This document shows, piece by piece, positions 47,992 through 58,767 of a DNA stretch of 64,000 bases. Source of the DNA: Promethearchaeota archaeon Loki_b32 (GTDB lineage Archaea > Asgardarchaeota > Lokiarchaeia > Sigyniarchaeales > SOKP01); the NCBI GenBank assembly GCA_005223125.1, contig NJBH01000006.1:1-64000 (forward strand). The letters run 5' to 3'. The notes beneath the pieces are model-generated. The model was given only the letters and a program-made list of their open reading frames with translations, was not told where the DNA came from and searched no databases. Every line of letters starts with the position of its first letter. The stretch's first letter is position 1. The position numbers and the translations under genes are program-made.

Positions 47992-50379
47992 ATGAAAAGG
48001 GTAGTAATAGTTGGAGGAGTTGCAGGCGGAGCTTCTGCAGCTGCTAGATTAAGACGTTTAAAGGAAGATTTTGAAATTATAATGTTGGATAAAGGTCCAT
48101 ATGTCTCATTTGCAAATTGTGGATTATCTTATTATGTGGGGAATATAATAAAGGATCGTGAGTCTTTAGAGTTAGTTACACCAGAAAGCTTTCTTGAAAG
48201 ATTCAATATTGATGTTAGGGTTAATAGTGAGGCCACTTTAATTGATAAAGTAAATAAACGAATCAAAGTAAAAGATTTAAGACAAAATAATGTGTACACT
48301 CTTGAATATGATTATTTAATCTTAGCAACAGGGTCAAAACCAATAGTACCTCCATTTGTAGGGCTTGAATATGTTCCTTATTTTACGGTATGGACTATTC
48401 CTGATGCTGTAAAAATAAGAGATTATGTTGAAAAATATCATATAAAAAACGCAGTTATCGTTGGTGGTGGTTTTATTGGATTAGAAATGGCAGAAAACTT
48501 AGTAGAGAAAGGAGTGAAAGTAAAAATTGTTGAAATGCGGAATCAAGTTATGCCTCCAATTGATAAAGAAATAGCACAATTTATTCATCAAGAATTATTA
48601 CTGAATGGAGTTTGTCTTGTTTTAGAAGATCCAGTAGATTCCTTCGGGAGGACAGAAAAAGATAAGCCGTTTGTTAAGACAAAAAGTGGTCGAATAATAG
48701 AAACAGATTTAATTATTTTATCTATTGGTATTAGACCAGAAAGTACTTTAGCTAAAAATACTGATTTAGACTTGACAGAGAGAGGATATGTTATTGTTAA
48801 TAACAAAATGCAGACTTCTGATCCGAATATTTATGCTGTAGGTGATATAGTTCAAGTTCAACATTTTCAAACTAAAAAGCCGATATCAATAGCTTTAGCA
48901 GGCCCAGCAAATAAACAAGGTAGAATAGCAGCAGATAATATTGCTGGAAGAAATTCTGAATATAAGGGTGTTATGGGAGCATCCGTTGTTAAGGTTTTCG
49001 ATGTAACAGTCGCGTCTGTGGGTTTAACAGAAAAACAATTAAAAAATTTAGAAATCAATTATAATAAAATATATATTCACCCTAATAATCATGCAGGGTA
49101 CTATCCTGGAGCTATCCCTATAACACTCAAATTAATTTTTGAAGTTCCTAGTGGTAAAATTCTTGGGGCTCAAGCTGTTGGAGGACCAGGTACAGAAAAA
49201 AGAATTGATGTCATCTCCGCTGTAATCAAATTTGATGGCACCGTATTTGATTTGGAAGAATTAGAATTAACTTATGCCCCTCCATATGGTTCTGCAAAAG
49301 ATCCGGTTAATATGGCTGGATTCGTTGCAGCTAATTATCTTAGAGAGGATATGCCCATTTGGCACTGGCATGAATTAACTAATGTGAAAACTAACGGTGC
49401 ACTTTTATTAGATGTTAGAACAAAAGAAGAATTTGCTGCTAGAACCATTGATGGCTCATTAAATATTCCAATTGAGGAACTCAGAAAGCGATTAGATGAA
49501 ATTCCTAAGGATCAATCAATATATGTTTACTGCGAAGTTGGATATAGGAGTTATTTAGCATTGAGAATTCTACTGCAAAGTGGGTTTAATGAAGTCTATG
49601 AATTAACTGGGGGGTTTAAAATTTTCGAGATGGCAAATGCTACTACAGAAGAAATAATGGCTGCCTGTGGTGGTTCCGAGTATGTTATTGAAGAATTTGT
49701 TCATGAAAAAGCTACTGAAAGTGAAGATTATATAGAAGTCGATGCGTGTGGATTATCTTGTCCAGGTCCTCTCAATGCATTAATTAAGTCTCTTGATACT
49801 TTACCTGAAAATAAAAAATTAAAGATTTACACCACTGACCCGGGATTTAAATCTAGTGTTGAGGCATATTCTAAACTAAATGATGCTGTAAAATTGTTAA
49901 GTTTAGGAAAAGAACGAGGCAAATTAGTCGCTACTTTAATAAAAATCCAACCCACAGTGGAAATAATAACACCTGTTAAAAAGAAATCCAGAAAAGAATT
50001 AAGATCTCCGGATGCACCTTCAATTTCAGATATTAACGCTGATGAACTATTTGAGCGCATTAGTACTGAGGATGAGCCACCACTTATGATTGATGTTCGA
50101 ACGCCTCAAGAATATAATGGGCAACATGGTTATATAAAAAATACGAAATTAATTCCTTTAGGTGAATTATTAAATAATCCAGATGCCATAAAAGATTATA
50201 AAAGTGAAGAAATCATAGCAATTTGTCACTCTGGTTCGCGTTCGATGATGGCAGCTCAAATTTTAGCTCAAGCGGGATTTAAAGATATTAGAAATTTAAC
50301 TGGTGGAATGATGGCGTGGCATAGAAAAGGTTTTCCTGTGGAGTTAAAAATAAGAGGAATGACAGAAACTTATTATTAA
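47992..50379 (+). CDS. CoA-disulfide/persulfide reductase fused to rhodanese, TusA and a second rhodanese
   Basis: GGVAGG, SFANCG, YAPP; VYCEVGYRS; DACGLSCPGP; ICHSGSRS. Confidence 0.92.
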   Translation: MKRVVIVGGVAGGASAAARLRRLKEDFEIIMLDKGPYVSFANCGLSYYVGNIIKDRESLELVTPESFLERFNIDVRVNSEATLIDKVNKRIKVKDLRQNNVYTLEYDYLILATGSKPIVPPFVGLEYVPYFTVWTIPDAVKIRDYVEKYHIKNAVIVGGGFIGLEMAENLVEKGVKVKIVEMRNQVMPPIDKEIAQFIHQELLLNGVCLVLEDPVDSFGRTEKDKPFVKTKSGRIIETDLIILSIGIRPESTLAKNTDLDLTERGYVIVNNKMQTSDPNIYAVGDIVQVQHFQTKKPISIALAGPANKQGRIAADNIAGRNSEYKGVMGASVVKVFDVTVASVGLTEKQLKNLEINYNKIYIHPNNHAGYYPGAIPITLKLIFEVPSGKILGAQAVGGPGTEKRIDVISAVIKFDGTVFDLEELELTYAPPYGSAKDPVNMAGFVAANYLREDMPIWHWHELTNVKTNGALLLDVRTKEEFAARTIDGSLNIPIEELRKRLDEIPKDQSIYVYCEVGYRSYLALRILLQSGFNEVYELTGGFKIFEMANATTEEIMAACGGSEYVIEEFVHEKATESEDYIEVDACGLSCPGPLNALIKSLDTLPENKKLKIYTTDPGFKSSVEAYSKLNDAVKLLSLGKERGKLVATLIKIQPTVEIITPVKKKSRKELRSPDAPSISDINADELFERISTEDEPPLMIDVRTPQEYNGQHGYIKNTKLIPLGELLNNPDAIKDYKSEEIIAICHSGSRSMMAAQILAQAGFKDIRNLTGGMMAWHRKGFPVELKIRGMTETYY

Positions 50380-50504
50380 TCTAATCTCCTTTAGATTTTT
50401 CTTTAAATTATAAGTAAAAAAGTTAAAAAAAAGGCGAAATAATATAAATCCAGATATATTCATATATAACGAATTTCCAATTTATAAAATGGAGGTTAAA
50501 AACT

Positions 50505-51095
50505 ATGAAAGAAACTGCTAAAAAATTATATACTGCATATGTTGGAGAATCACAAGCTAGAAATAGATACAATTATTTTTCTAAAATTGCTAAAAAAGAA
50601 GGATATGCAATTATATCTAAAATTTTTGACGAGACATCGGATCAAGAGAAAGAACATGGCAGCTGGTTTTATAAAATGCTACAACAGTTCAAAAAAGAAG
50701 AACCATTTGATGAAATGAAAGTACTTCCCGATGCAGCATTTCCAACAACCCATGGAACCACAATTGAAAATTTAAAATCTGCAATAGCAGGAGAAGACTT
50801 GGAATGGCAAACACTTTATCCTGATATCGCTGAAACGGCAGAAAAAGAGGGGTATCCTGATATTGCGACAAGAGTACGTGCAATCATGGTTGCTGAAAAA
50901 CATCATTCAGAACGATATGGGAAACTCTTGAAATTAGTTGGTGATGATGCATTCTTCAAACGTGGATCAAAAGTCGTTTGGATATGCATGGAATGTGGTT
51001 ATGAAGTAGAAATGGATGAATTACCCAAAGATTTTGTATGTCCAAGTTGTTCACATCCCCGAGCATATTACAAAAAGAAAAGTGAGGATTTCTAA
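50505..51095 (+). CDS. rbr: Rubrerythrin
   Basis: GESQARNRY, EKEH, EKHH, CxxC..CPxC. Confidence 0.95.
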   Translation: MKETAKKLYTAYVGESQARNRYNYFSKIAKKEGYAIISKIFDETSDQEKEHGSWFYKMLQQFKKEEPFDEMKVLPDAAFPTTHGTTIENLKSAIAGEDLEWQTLYPDIAETAEKEGYPDIATRVRAIMVAEKHHSERYGKLLKLVGDDAFFKRGSKVVWICMECGYEVEMDELPKDFVCPSCSHPRAYYKKKSEDF

Positions 51096-51186
51096 GAATA
51101 CCAATGAATTTTTAATTTAAAATCAAAATGATTAAATATTAAATTAAATGATTTAAAAAACAAAAAAATAGAATATGTGAAGAAAA

Positions 51187-51573
51187 ATGAAACAGAAAGA
51201 GATTTATAAATGCACAATATGCGGAAAGGTAATAGAAATATTGAATCCAGGTGTTCCCGAAACAATCTGTTGCGGTCAGCCAATGAAACTTATGGAGGAA
51301 CAAACTGCTGAATGGAAATCAGAGAAACATGTTCCCAAGATTACGATTGATGGTAATAAGGTTACTGTTGATGTTGGAATCTCAATGGGAACACCTCATC
51401 CTATGACTGATGAGCACTACATTATGTGGATTGAAATAATTTGTAAAGATGGATGTTACGAAAGAAGGTTTTTAAAGCCTGGAGCCGAACCTAAAGCAAC
51501 CTTTACTGTTGCTAGTCCAGAAGGACTCTGGGCACGAGAATATTGTAATCTCCACTTCTTATGGAAAAGTTAA
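51187..51573 (+). CDS. dfx: Desulfoferrodoxin (superoxide reductase)
   Basis: CxxCG..CCGQPM, EKHVP, HPM..H, YCNLH. Confidence 0.95.
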   Translation: MKQKEIYKCTICGKVIEILNPGVPETICCGQPMKLMEEQTAEWKSEKHVPKITIDGNKVTVDVGISMGTPHPMTDEHYIMWIEIICKDGCYERRFLKPGAEPKATFTVASPEGLWAREYCNLHFLWKS

Positions 51574-51696
51574 ATTTGAAATCAATTATTTTTCTTTTTT
51601 TTTTATTTATTTGCTTTAAAATAATGAAATTTTAAGAGTTTAAAACACATTTAGTAATATCAAAATCAATTAAACAATGCTTATTCAAAAGTAATA

Positions 51697-53052
51697 ATGA
51701 ATATCTTTTTACAATTATTTGTAATCTTCTGTTTTGGTATTGTTATTGTAGCACTTTTTCGTGAAAAGACTGATTTTTTAACTTATAGTGTAGTAGCTAT
51801 GCTAGCAGCAGCTACAGCTACATTCCTTTTTACTCCAGAGCCTTTTTCTATTGAAGAATTTATTTTAGCAATAGAATGGCCTGTTATTTTTTTCTTAATT
51901 TCTTTATTTACAATTGTTGTTATTTTAGAAGAACAGCTTATTTTTCAAGAAATTGCATTGAGAATAACAAAGAAATTCCATACAAACACCCGAAAGTTTT
52001 TTTGGGTAATTTGTTTAATTTCAACCTTAAGTGCGGCTTTTATTGAAGATGTTTCAGTGGCAATTATATTTATTCCTATGATTATTAGTACAAGTGAAAA
52101 AATGAGAATTAATCCTACACCAATACTTCTCGGAATGACAATATGTATTAATCTTGCCTCAACTCTGACCCCTTTTGGGTCAGCTGAGAATATTTTAATA
52201 GCAAATAGATTTAATCTTTCAGCAACCTGGTTTTTTAGGAATCTAGCAGTTTATTTTATTATCGGTACTTTACTAACTTTATTTCTTTTGGACTATTTTG
52301 TTCTCAGAAAGCATTTAAATGATATTTGGGTTCCCCATTGTGAGGAATATAATGAACCTCTAGAAAATCAACATATAGAAGAACATGAGTTAGTGATTCT
52401 TGAAGATTCAATTAATCATAAGGTTTTTTATCGTAATTTAGGGATGTTATTTATATTTTTTATATTGTTAATTATTATTCCAGATATCTTATTTGTTGGG
52501 CTTTTAGGAATGCTATTATTTGTATTTATTAATCCGCGTAGAGATGAAGCGGGTAAGAAGAAACCAGATATATCATATTATTTTACGAAAGTAGATTTTA
52601 AATTACCATTCTTTTTTATTAGTCTATTTGTTCTTGTATTTTGTTTTGAGAAAGTAGGTTTGATTAATATTATTGAACATTTCGTTATATCAATTACTCC
52701 AAGTAATCTGTTTTTATTAAGTATTTCAATATTAATTATTACATCACTTCTATCAGGCTTTCTCGATAATGTTCCAGTGACTGTTCTTTTCATACCGATT
52801 ATGCAAGTTTTAATAAGCACTGGTTTTTCATCAGTCCCGCTTTTAATTGCTTTCATTTTAGGGATAAATTTAGGTGGCAATTTTCTACCTCAGGGTAGTG
52901 CTGCAGATATGATGACATTAGATTTATCAACTAAATATTGTGTTGAAGGAATGAATTATAAGAAACTGTTAAAAATAGGAGGATTATTTGCCTTCTTGCA
53001 TATAATTTTAGGAATTGCATATCTTGCAATTATAATTTTTATATTCTTTTGA
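51697..53052 (+). CDS. ArsB/NhaD/SLC13-type permease
   Basis: Many TM helices; TPFGSAEN, DNVP, GGNFLPQGSAA. Confidence 0.85.
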   Translation: MNIFLQLFVIFCFGIVIVALFREKTDFLTYSVVAMLAAATATFLFTPEPFSIEEFILAIEWPVIFFLISLFTIVVILEEQLIFQEIALRITKKFHTNTRKFFWVICLISTLSAAFIEDVSVAIIFIPMIISTSEKMRINPTPILLGMTICINLASTLTPFGSAENILIANRFNLSATWFFRNLAVYFIIGTLLTLFLLDYFVLRKHLNDIWVPHCEEYNEPLENQHIEEHELVILEDSINHKVFYRNLGMLFIFFILLIIIPDILFVGLLGMLLFVFINPRRDEAGKKKPDISYYFTKVDFKLPFFFISLFVLVFCFEKVGLINIIEHFVISITPSNLFLLSISILIITSLLSGFLDNVPVTVLFIPIMQVLISTGFSSVPLLIAFILGINLGGNFLPQGSAADMMTLDLSTKYCVEGMNYKKLLKIGGLFAFLHIILGIAYLAIIIFIFF

Positions 53053-53096
53053 GTTTAAATTATCCCTAGATGAAAAAAGGGTGAGTTTAATAAAAA

Positions 53097-53645
53097 ATGA
53101 CCAAAAATAAAGCAATTATTTTGGATAGGGATGGTGTGTTAATTGAAGATAAAGATTACGCTTATAAGATTGAAGATTTTGAATTGTTACCTGGTGTAAT
53201 TGATGGGTTAAAATTACTTAATAAAAAATTTCTCTTTTTTATAGTAACAAATCAATCAGGTATAGGGAGAGGCTATTATACTATTGAAGATTTCCATAAT
53301 TTTAATAATTATTTAATAGAGATATTAAAACAGAAAAAAATTGAAATTCTAAAAACTTATTTTTGTCCTCATATAAGAGAGGATAACTGTGATTGTAGGA
53401 AACCAAAAACAAAATTTGTTGATGAAATTACTAAGGAATTTAATGTTGACATGAAAAGATCATGGATGATTGGTGATCATCCATCAGACATACAGTTTGG
53501 AATAAATGCAGGTTGTAAAACAATTTTTCTCACTACTGGGCACGGTGACAAACACATTGATGAATTAGAAACAGTGAAAATTAAGCCAACCATGATATGT
53601 AATAATTTCTTTATAGCAGCAAAAGAAATTATGAGAAGGCTATAA
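53097..53645 (+). CDS. HAD IIIA phosphatase (GmhB-like)
   Basis: LDRDGV, TNQSG, CPH..CDCRKP, MIGD. Confidence 0.9.
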   Translation: MTKNKAIILDRDGVLIEDKDYAYKIEDFELLPGVIDGLKLLNKKFLFFIVTNQSGIGRGYYTIEDFHNFNNYLIEILKQKKIEILKTYFCPHIREDNCDCRKPKTKFVDEITKEFNVDMKRSWMIGDHPSDIQFGINAGCKTIFLTTGHGDKHIDELETVKIKPTMICNNFFIAAKEIMRRL

Positions 53646-53795
53646 ATGAAGTAAATTTACTTTAGTGAATTGTTTGGTAATTAATTTTTATAATCGATAT
53701 TATAAAACTTACTATGACTTTCTAAACAAGAAAAAACAAAATCAGTTAATAATTAAAAAATAATAAGGAAAGAAAATTAAGATTGTTCTAAAATT

Positions 53796-54974
53796 TTAAG
53801 TACGTTTTTTTCCAAGGTAAGGCATTGCATGCTCATATCTTTTCATGACAAATCGAGAAATCACAATTCTTTGAATTTCACTTGTACCTTCATATATTTG
53901 GTATAATTTTGCATCTCTAAATAGTTTTTCAACAGGATATGTTCTCAAGTAACCATAGCCTCCAAAGATTTGTACTGCTTCTGTTGTAACGTTCATAGCA
54001 ACGTCCGAAGCAAAAGCTTTGGCTATTGCGGAACTCAAATTATTATCCATACCTTGATCAGCTTCCCAAGCTGCTTTATATGTTAATAAACGTGCGGCTT
54101 CAATATCTTTATACATATTGGCTATTTTTTCTTGAATTACTTGATAATTTCCAATTGGTCTTCCAAAAGTTTCTCTCTTTTGGGCATAATCGATAGAATA
54201 TTCCATTGCAGAACGAGCACATCCAACTGCAAATGCACCAATTGCTGGACGTGTGTGAGCAAAAGTTTGCATACCTAAGACAAATCCTCGTCCTGGTTTG
54301 GCAAGAACATTTTCTTTAGGGATTCTCACATCTTTTAAACCAATTGATACAGTATTTGATGATCTCTGACCTAATTTAGGAATATGCTTACCCAATTTTA
54401 CTCCTTCGTATTTAGTATCTACTATAAAAGCAGCAATCCCTTTATGTTTTTTCTCGGGATCAACCGTTGCAAATACAGTAATATAATCAGCATATCCCCC
54501 GTTAGTAATCCAAAACTTATTTCCATTTAATATGTATTCATCTCCATCTTTTTCTGCCTTACATTTCATTCCTGCGACGTCAGACCCCATCGTTGGTTCA
54601 GACGTTGCAAAAGCAATCAGTTTAAACTCATTAACTAATTCCGATAATATCCTTTGCTTTTGTTCTTCATTTCCACCAATAACTATTGGTTCAGCACCAA
54701 GATTATTATCAAAAATAGAAGTAGCAATACCTGGACATGCAGATGAGATTTCCTCAACGACAATACAGGAGTTTACTAAACCAAAACCAGGACCCCCATA
54801 CTGTTTAGGGATTCCTAAATTTAATAAATTTTCTTCCCAGGCTTTTTTTATAACAGGCAAAGGAAATTCTTCAGATTCATCATATTTCCTTGCAACTGGT
54901 AATACTTCTCTGATAGCAAACTCTCTTGCTTTTTTCTGTAGAGCCTTTTGTTCTTCTGAAAGTAAAAAATCCAT
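53796..54974 (-). CDS. Acyl-CoA dehydrogenase
   Basis: SEPxxGSD, LNGNKFWITNG, QIFGGYG, IYEGTSEIQR. Confidence 0.95.
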   Translation of the reverse strand: MDFLLSEEQKALQKKAREFAIREVLPVARKYDESEEFPLPVIKKAWEENLLNLGIPKQYGGPGFGLVNSCIVVEEISSACPGIATSIFDNNLGAEPIVIGGNEEQKQRILSELVNEFKLIAFATSEPTMGSDVAGMKCKAEKDGDEYILNGNKFWITNGGYADYITVFATVDPEKKHKGIAAFIVDTKYEGVKLGKHIPKLGQRSSNTVSIGLKDVRIPKENVLAKPGRGFVLGMQTFAHTRPAIGAFAVGCARSAMEYSIDYAQKRETFGRPIGNYQVIQEKIANMYKDIEAARLLTYKAAWEADQGMDNNLSSAIAKAFASDVAMNVTTEAVQIFGGYGYLRTYPVEKLFRDAKLYQIYEGTSEIQRIVISRFVMKRYEHAMPYLGKKRT

Positions 54975-54978
54975 AATT

Positions 54979-56184
54979 TTAACCCATTTTTTTAATTAAT
55001 TTATCTACAATTTCCTTAAAGTTTAAATCCTCTGGTTTAGGAACAAACTTAATTTCTATAGTTTCTTCCATAACATCTATCTTAGCGGCTTTCATTTGTT
55101 CAACAATTTCTTTTACCGCACCTCCGCCCCATCCAAATGAACCAAATGCTAAGCCAACCTTATTCATAGGTTTTAAGCCCTTTTGATAAGATAAATATTC
55201 TGCTACAGTTGGATATAACCCGTTATTTAGGGTAGGACTTCCCACTAAGATAGCTCTTGTCTTCATAGCTTCTGTTATTACATCTGAATAATCAGCACTA
55301 GTTAATCTATACCTTTTTACCGAAATTCCTCTATGTTTTATCTCTTCTGTTAAGGCTTTAGCAATTTTAGCGGTACTCTCCCACATTGTGTCATAAACAA
55401 TTAGAACACTATTCTCATCAATTTCTCCTTTACACCATTTAGTATATTTTTCAATTATTTCTGGAATATGACTTCTCCAGCATATGCCATGAGATGTACA
55501 AATGATTTCAATTGGTAACGCTCCAACCTTGGGTAATGTTTTTACTATTAATCCAGAAAGATGAAGTAGAATATTAGCATAATACTTTTCTGCTTCTTGA
55601 AAAACCTCAGTTAAATCATTTTCATCATCCCAACGCTTAGATGTTGCATAATGTTGTCCAAAAGCATCATTTGAAAATAAGACATTTTTACCATTATCAT
55701 CTGTCATAAAGGAAACCATCGAATCAGGCCAGTGAATCATCGGTATAGGCACAAACGTAAATTTTTTACCATTACCTATCTCTAAAGTATCTCCTTCATT
55801 AACAGCTCTAATTTTATTAAACAATTCTTCTTCAACTTCCCCATGATAATGGGCTTTTAAAATATCAACTCCTCTCTTCGAAGCAATTAATTCTGCATTT
55901 GGTAGATGTTTAAGAATTAATGGAAATGAACCAGAATGATCCATCTCAACATGATCCATAATTAAGTAATCAATCTCAAAAGGATCGCACACATCTTTAA
56001 TGCTTTTTAGAAAATATTCAAAGTATGGACGCTTAACTGTATCAATTAGCACGGTTTTCTCTCCTTTTACAATATATGCATTATAAGAACTACCTCGATT
56101 AGTCGAGTACCCATGGAAATTCCTTACTTCCCAATCCACATAGCCAACATAATAGATGTCTTTCATCAATTCTAAATGTGTCAT
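54979..56184 (-). CDS. fprA: Flavodiiron protein (O2/NO reductase)
   Basis: HVEMDHSG, HWPD, DAFGQH, SHG, flavodoxin domain. Confidence 0.95.
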   Translation of the reverse strand: MTHLELMKDIYYVGYVDWEVRNFHGYSTNRGSSYNAYIVKGEKTVLIDTVKRPYFEYFLKSIKDVCDPFEIDYLIMDHVEMDHSGSFPLILKHLPNAELIASKRGVDILKAHYHGEVEEELFNKIRAVNEGDTLEIGNGKKFTFVPIPMIHWPDSMVSFMTDDNGKNVLFSNDAFGQHYATSKRWDDENDLTEVFQEAEKYYANILLHLSGLIVKTLPKVGALPIEIICTSHGICWRSHIPEIIEKYTKWCKGEIDENSVLIVYDTMWESTAKIAKALTEEIKHRGISVKRYRLTSADYSDVITEAMKTRAILVGSPTLNNGLYPTVAEYLSYQKGLKPMNKVGLAFGSFGWGGGAVKEIVEQMKAAKIDVMEETIEIKFVPKPEDLNFKEIVDKLIKKMG

Positions 56185-56328
56185 TTCAATTTCACCTCTA
56201 TTTATTAGGATTTAATTATTTCGTAATATTAATATAAATCAAGTTAAAAACTTATATTCTATTTAATATAAAATTTCTCAGAAATTAAGCAATAAAAAAA
56301 AAATTAAAAAGAAGTAAAATTTTTTTAG

Positions 56329-56466
56329 TTATTCAATTTTTTCAAACATATCCTTTCCTACACCACAGACTGGACAAGTCCAATCATCCGGTAAATCTTC
56401 AAATTTAGTTCCCTCAGCTTCCTCATCGTAGATATATCCACACGCGGTGCATTCCCATTTTCCCAA
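56329..56466 (-). CDS. Rubredoxin (absent from the ORF track)
   Basis: TTG start; [45 protein letters not shown]. Confidence 0.95.
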   Translation of the reverse strand: MGKWECTACGYIYDEEAEGTKFEDLPDDWTCPVCGVGKDMFEKIE

Positions 56467-56717
56467 ACTAAACACATCCTTATAATTTTAAATTGAAGTA
56501 ATTGACGTTATAGATTGAAATTGAAAATATATTAAATATATTAATTTAATATTTTATAAATTAATCCAATTAGATTTAAGAAGCAATGAACCAATTCAAA
56601 ATAATAATTAAAATCTGTTAAAAAAAATAAGGAATAAATAAAAAAAATTAGAGGTTAAGTTCTATAATTTTCTCTTGGTGTATCTTTTGCATCTATATAT
56701 TGAAAATTTTTATCAAC

Positions 56718-58070
56718 TTATTCATTATTTTTTTTCTTAAACTCTTCTTTAGGTCCTTTACAACCAGGACATTTGAAATCACCGGGTAGATCTTTAAAGA
56801 GGACTCCCATTTTAGATTCATCATATTCTTTTCCGCAATTGTTGCATATATAAGTATATAATTCTAATAACTTTTTCAACTCATCAATGTCTACATCTTG
56901 TTCCATCTTGCTGTATACATAAGACATAGCTTTATTTTCACCAAATAAGATAGCTCCTTTAAGTTTACTTTCTTTAAGAATTATTTTTTGATAACAACAA
57001 TCTTTTTTATCAGCTTTTTTCAAAATTTCCCAAGCGCCACCTTCTTCCTTTGAAGGATCTATAATCCCTATCGAAGTTAATTCTAATCCAACAATTTTGA
57101 GTGTACTTTTAGGAGTTGTTCCTTTATAATCAACTTTTTTTAATCCAAGTACAGAAGAAGCAACAATTTTTGATTGTTCCATACACGCTGGAATAATGCC
57201 CCAGATTTGATTTTTATATTCTATACAATCCCCAACAGCAAAGATATCTTTTTCGCTGGTTTCTAAAAATTTATTAACAATAATTCCCCTTTTTGTATCT
57301 AAATTTGCATCTTTAGCTAATTCATTCGTAGGCCTAATACCTGCTTGAATTAATATGATATCTCCTTTTATTATTTCCCCTCCTTTTAACATAATTCCAG
57401 ATACTGTTCCATTTCCTATTATCTCTTCAGTGGTAGCATCTAAAACAACTTTAATTCCTCTACTTTCAATTTCATTTCTTAACATTCCACCACATTCTAT
57501 ATCTAACTGTCTTGGCAATAAACGAGGGAAAAATTCTACAACTGTTGTGTTTAAATTGTTATTATTCATTTGATTTGCTAATTCTAACCCAAGCAATCCA
57601 CCACCAATTATGATTGCTTTTTTAGCATTTTTACTCTTAATAAAATCTTTTATCTCTAAAGCATCATCAATACTTCGTAAAGTAAATAAACCGGTCCTTT
57701 TATCTTTCATTTCAACAGCATTCTTAATAGGAGGAATATTGGGGGTACTTCCGAGAGCTAAAACAAGTTTATCATATGCAATAGGGTCATCTTTACCCTC
57801 AATTTGAATTGTTTTATTATTTGGATTGATTTTATTGATTTTTTTGTTTAAATGTAAATTTAACCGCTTGTTTTTATACCAATCTTCTTTAAAAACAATT
57901 AAATCATCAATAGTTACTTTTTCAGATATCAATTCTGGTAAATTGACTCTTGTATAGTAAGGATATTTCTCTTGTGTATATATATCGATTTTTACATCAT
58001 TATTGAGAGATCTTATATTTTGAGCAGTAAAAGTCCCAGCTACATTATTCCCTATTATTACAACTTTCAT
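56718..58070 (-). CDS. NAD(P)H:rubredoxin oxidoreductase-like flavoprotein with C-terminal rubredoxin
   Basis: FAD and NAD Rossmann motifs, AVGD; C-terminal CNNC..FKDLP..CPGC. Confidence 0.9.
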   Translation of the reverse strand: MKVVIIGNNVAGTFTAQNIRSLNNDVKIDIYTQEKYPYYTRVNLPELISEKVTIDDLIVFKEDWYKNKRLNLHLNKKINKINPNNKTIQIEGKDDPIAYDKLVLALGSTPNIPPIKNAVEMKDKRTGLFTLRSIDDALEIKDFIKSKNAKKAIIIGGGLLGLELANQMNNNNLNTTVVEFFPRLLPRQLDIECGGMLRNEIESRGIKVVLDATTEEIIGNGTVSGIMLKGGEIIKGDIILIQAGIRPTNELAKDANLDTKRGIIVNKFLETSEKDIFAVGDCIEYKNQIWGIIPACMEQSKIVASSVLGLKKVDYKGTTPKSTLKIVGLELTSIGIIDPSKEEGGAWEILKKADKKDCCYQKIILKESKLKGAILFGENKAMSYVYSKMEQDVDIDELKKLLELYTYICNNCGKEYDESKMGVLFKDLPGDFKCPGCKGPKEEFKKKNNE

Positions 58071-58266
58071 AGAATAACTAGTTTGTAGATCTTATTTTAA
58101 AGTTATTATTATATAATGTAATCTTTAAGGATAATCTCTATGTACCTGTACGAAATTATAATTATATTATAATCTATATACTCATTCATTGTAACAATAT
58201 CAAAAAAACAAAGGTTAAAAGTCCCTAAAATTAAGAAGTAATAAAAAAATAGAAATAATTAAAATT

Positions 58267-58653
58267 TTAATCAAGAAGTCTTTTTTCTCCTTTTAGAGTT
58301 TGTATTTTACTAATTTCTTGAGTTACTTCCAGTGTTCCTAAGTAATTTCCTTCACTATCTCTTACAGGAAAATATCGAATATATAAGAATAAATCGCCTA
58401 AAGGAATCCAAAACTCAGCAAAATCTCTTGTATTTTCTTTAAATCCCTTCAATATCTCATTTACCTTATCAAGGCTTTTAGGCGGATGACAATTTTGAAT
58501 TTTTTTTCCTATTACAGCTGGAGTTCGTTTAAAAATTCTCTTATCTCCTTTGCTATAATATTTTACTTTATCCTCTGCATCAATAAAAGACATTTCAAGA
58601 GGTAAAGTATCAATAATTAATTCTATTAACTCAATTGGTAAGTTTTCTAACAA
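58267..58653 (-). CDS. Stand-alone PAS-domain protein (DUF438/PAS_10-like)
   Basis: LPLEMSFID, CHPPKS, IRYFPVRD..GTLEVTQ. Confidence 0.85.
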   Translation of the reverse strand: MLENLPIELIELIIDTLPLEMSFIDAEDKVKYYSKGDKRIFKRTPAVIGKKIQNCHPPKSLDKVNEILKGFKENTRDFAEFWIPLGDLFLYIRYFPVRDSEGNYLGTLEVTQEISKIQTLKGEKRLLD

Positions 58654-58767
58654 TTCTTCTTCACTGGTATAATTATTAAGTTGATATAATTTAGTTTAGC
58701 ATTTTATATATTTTAAATGAACATGTTCGAAATTAAAATTATATAATCACTTCCATTTGATTTAATC

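Noticed and set aside
58719-58728. GAACATGTTC palindrome in a divergent promoter
   Set aside because: Only 10 bp and a single occurrence; cannot be separated from chance
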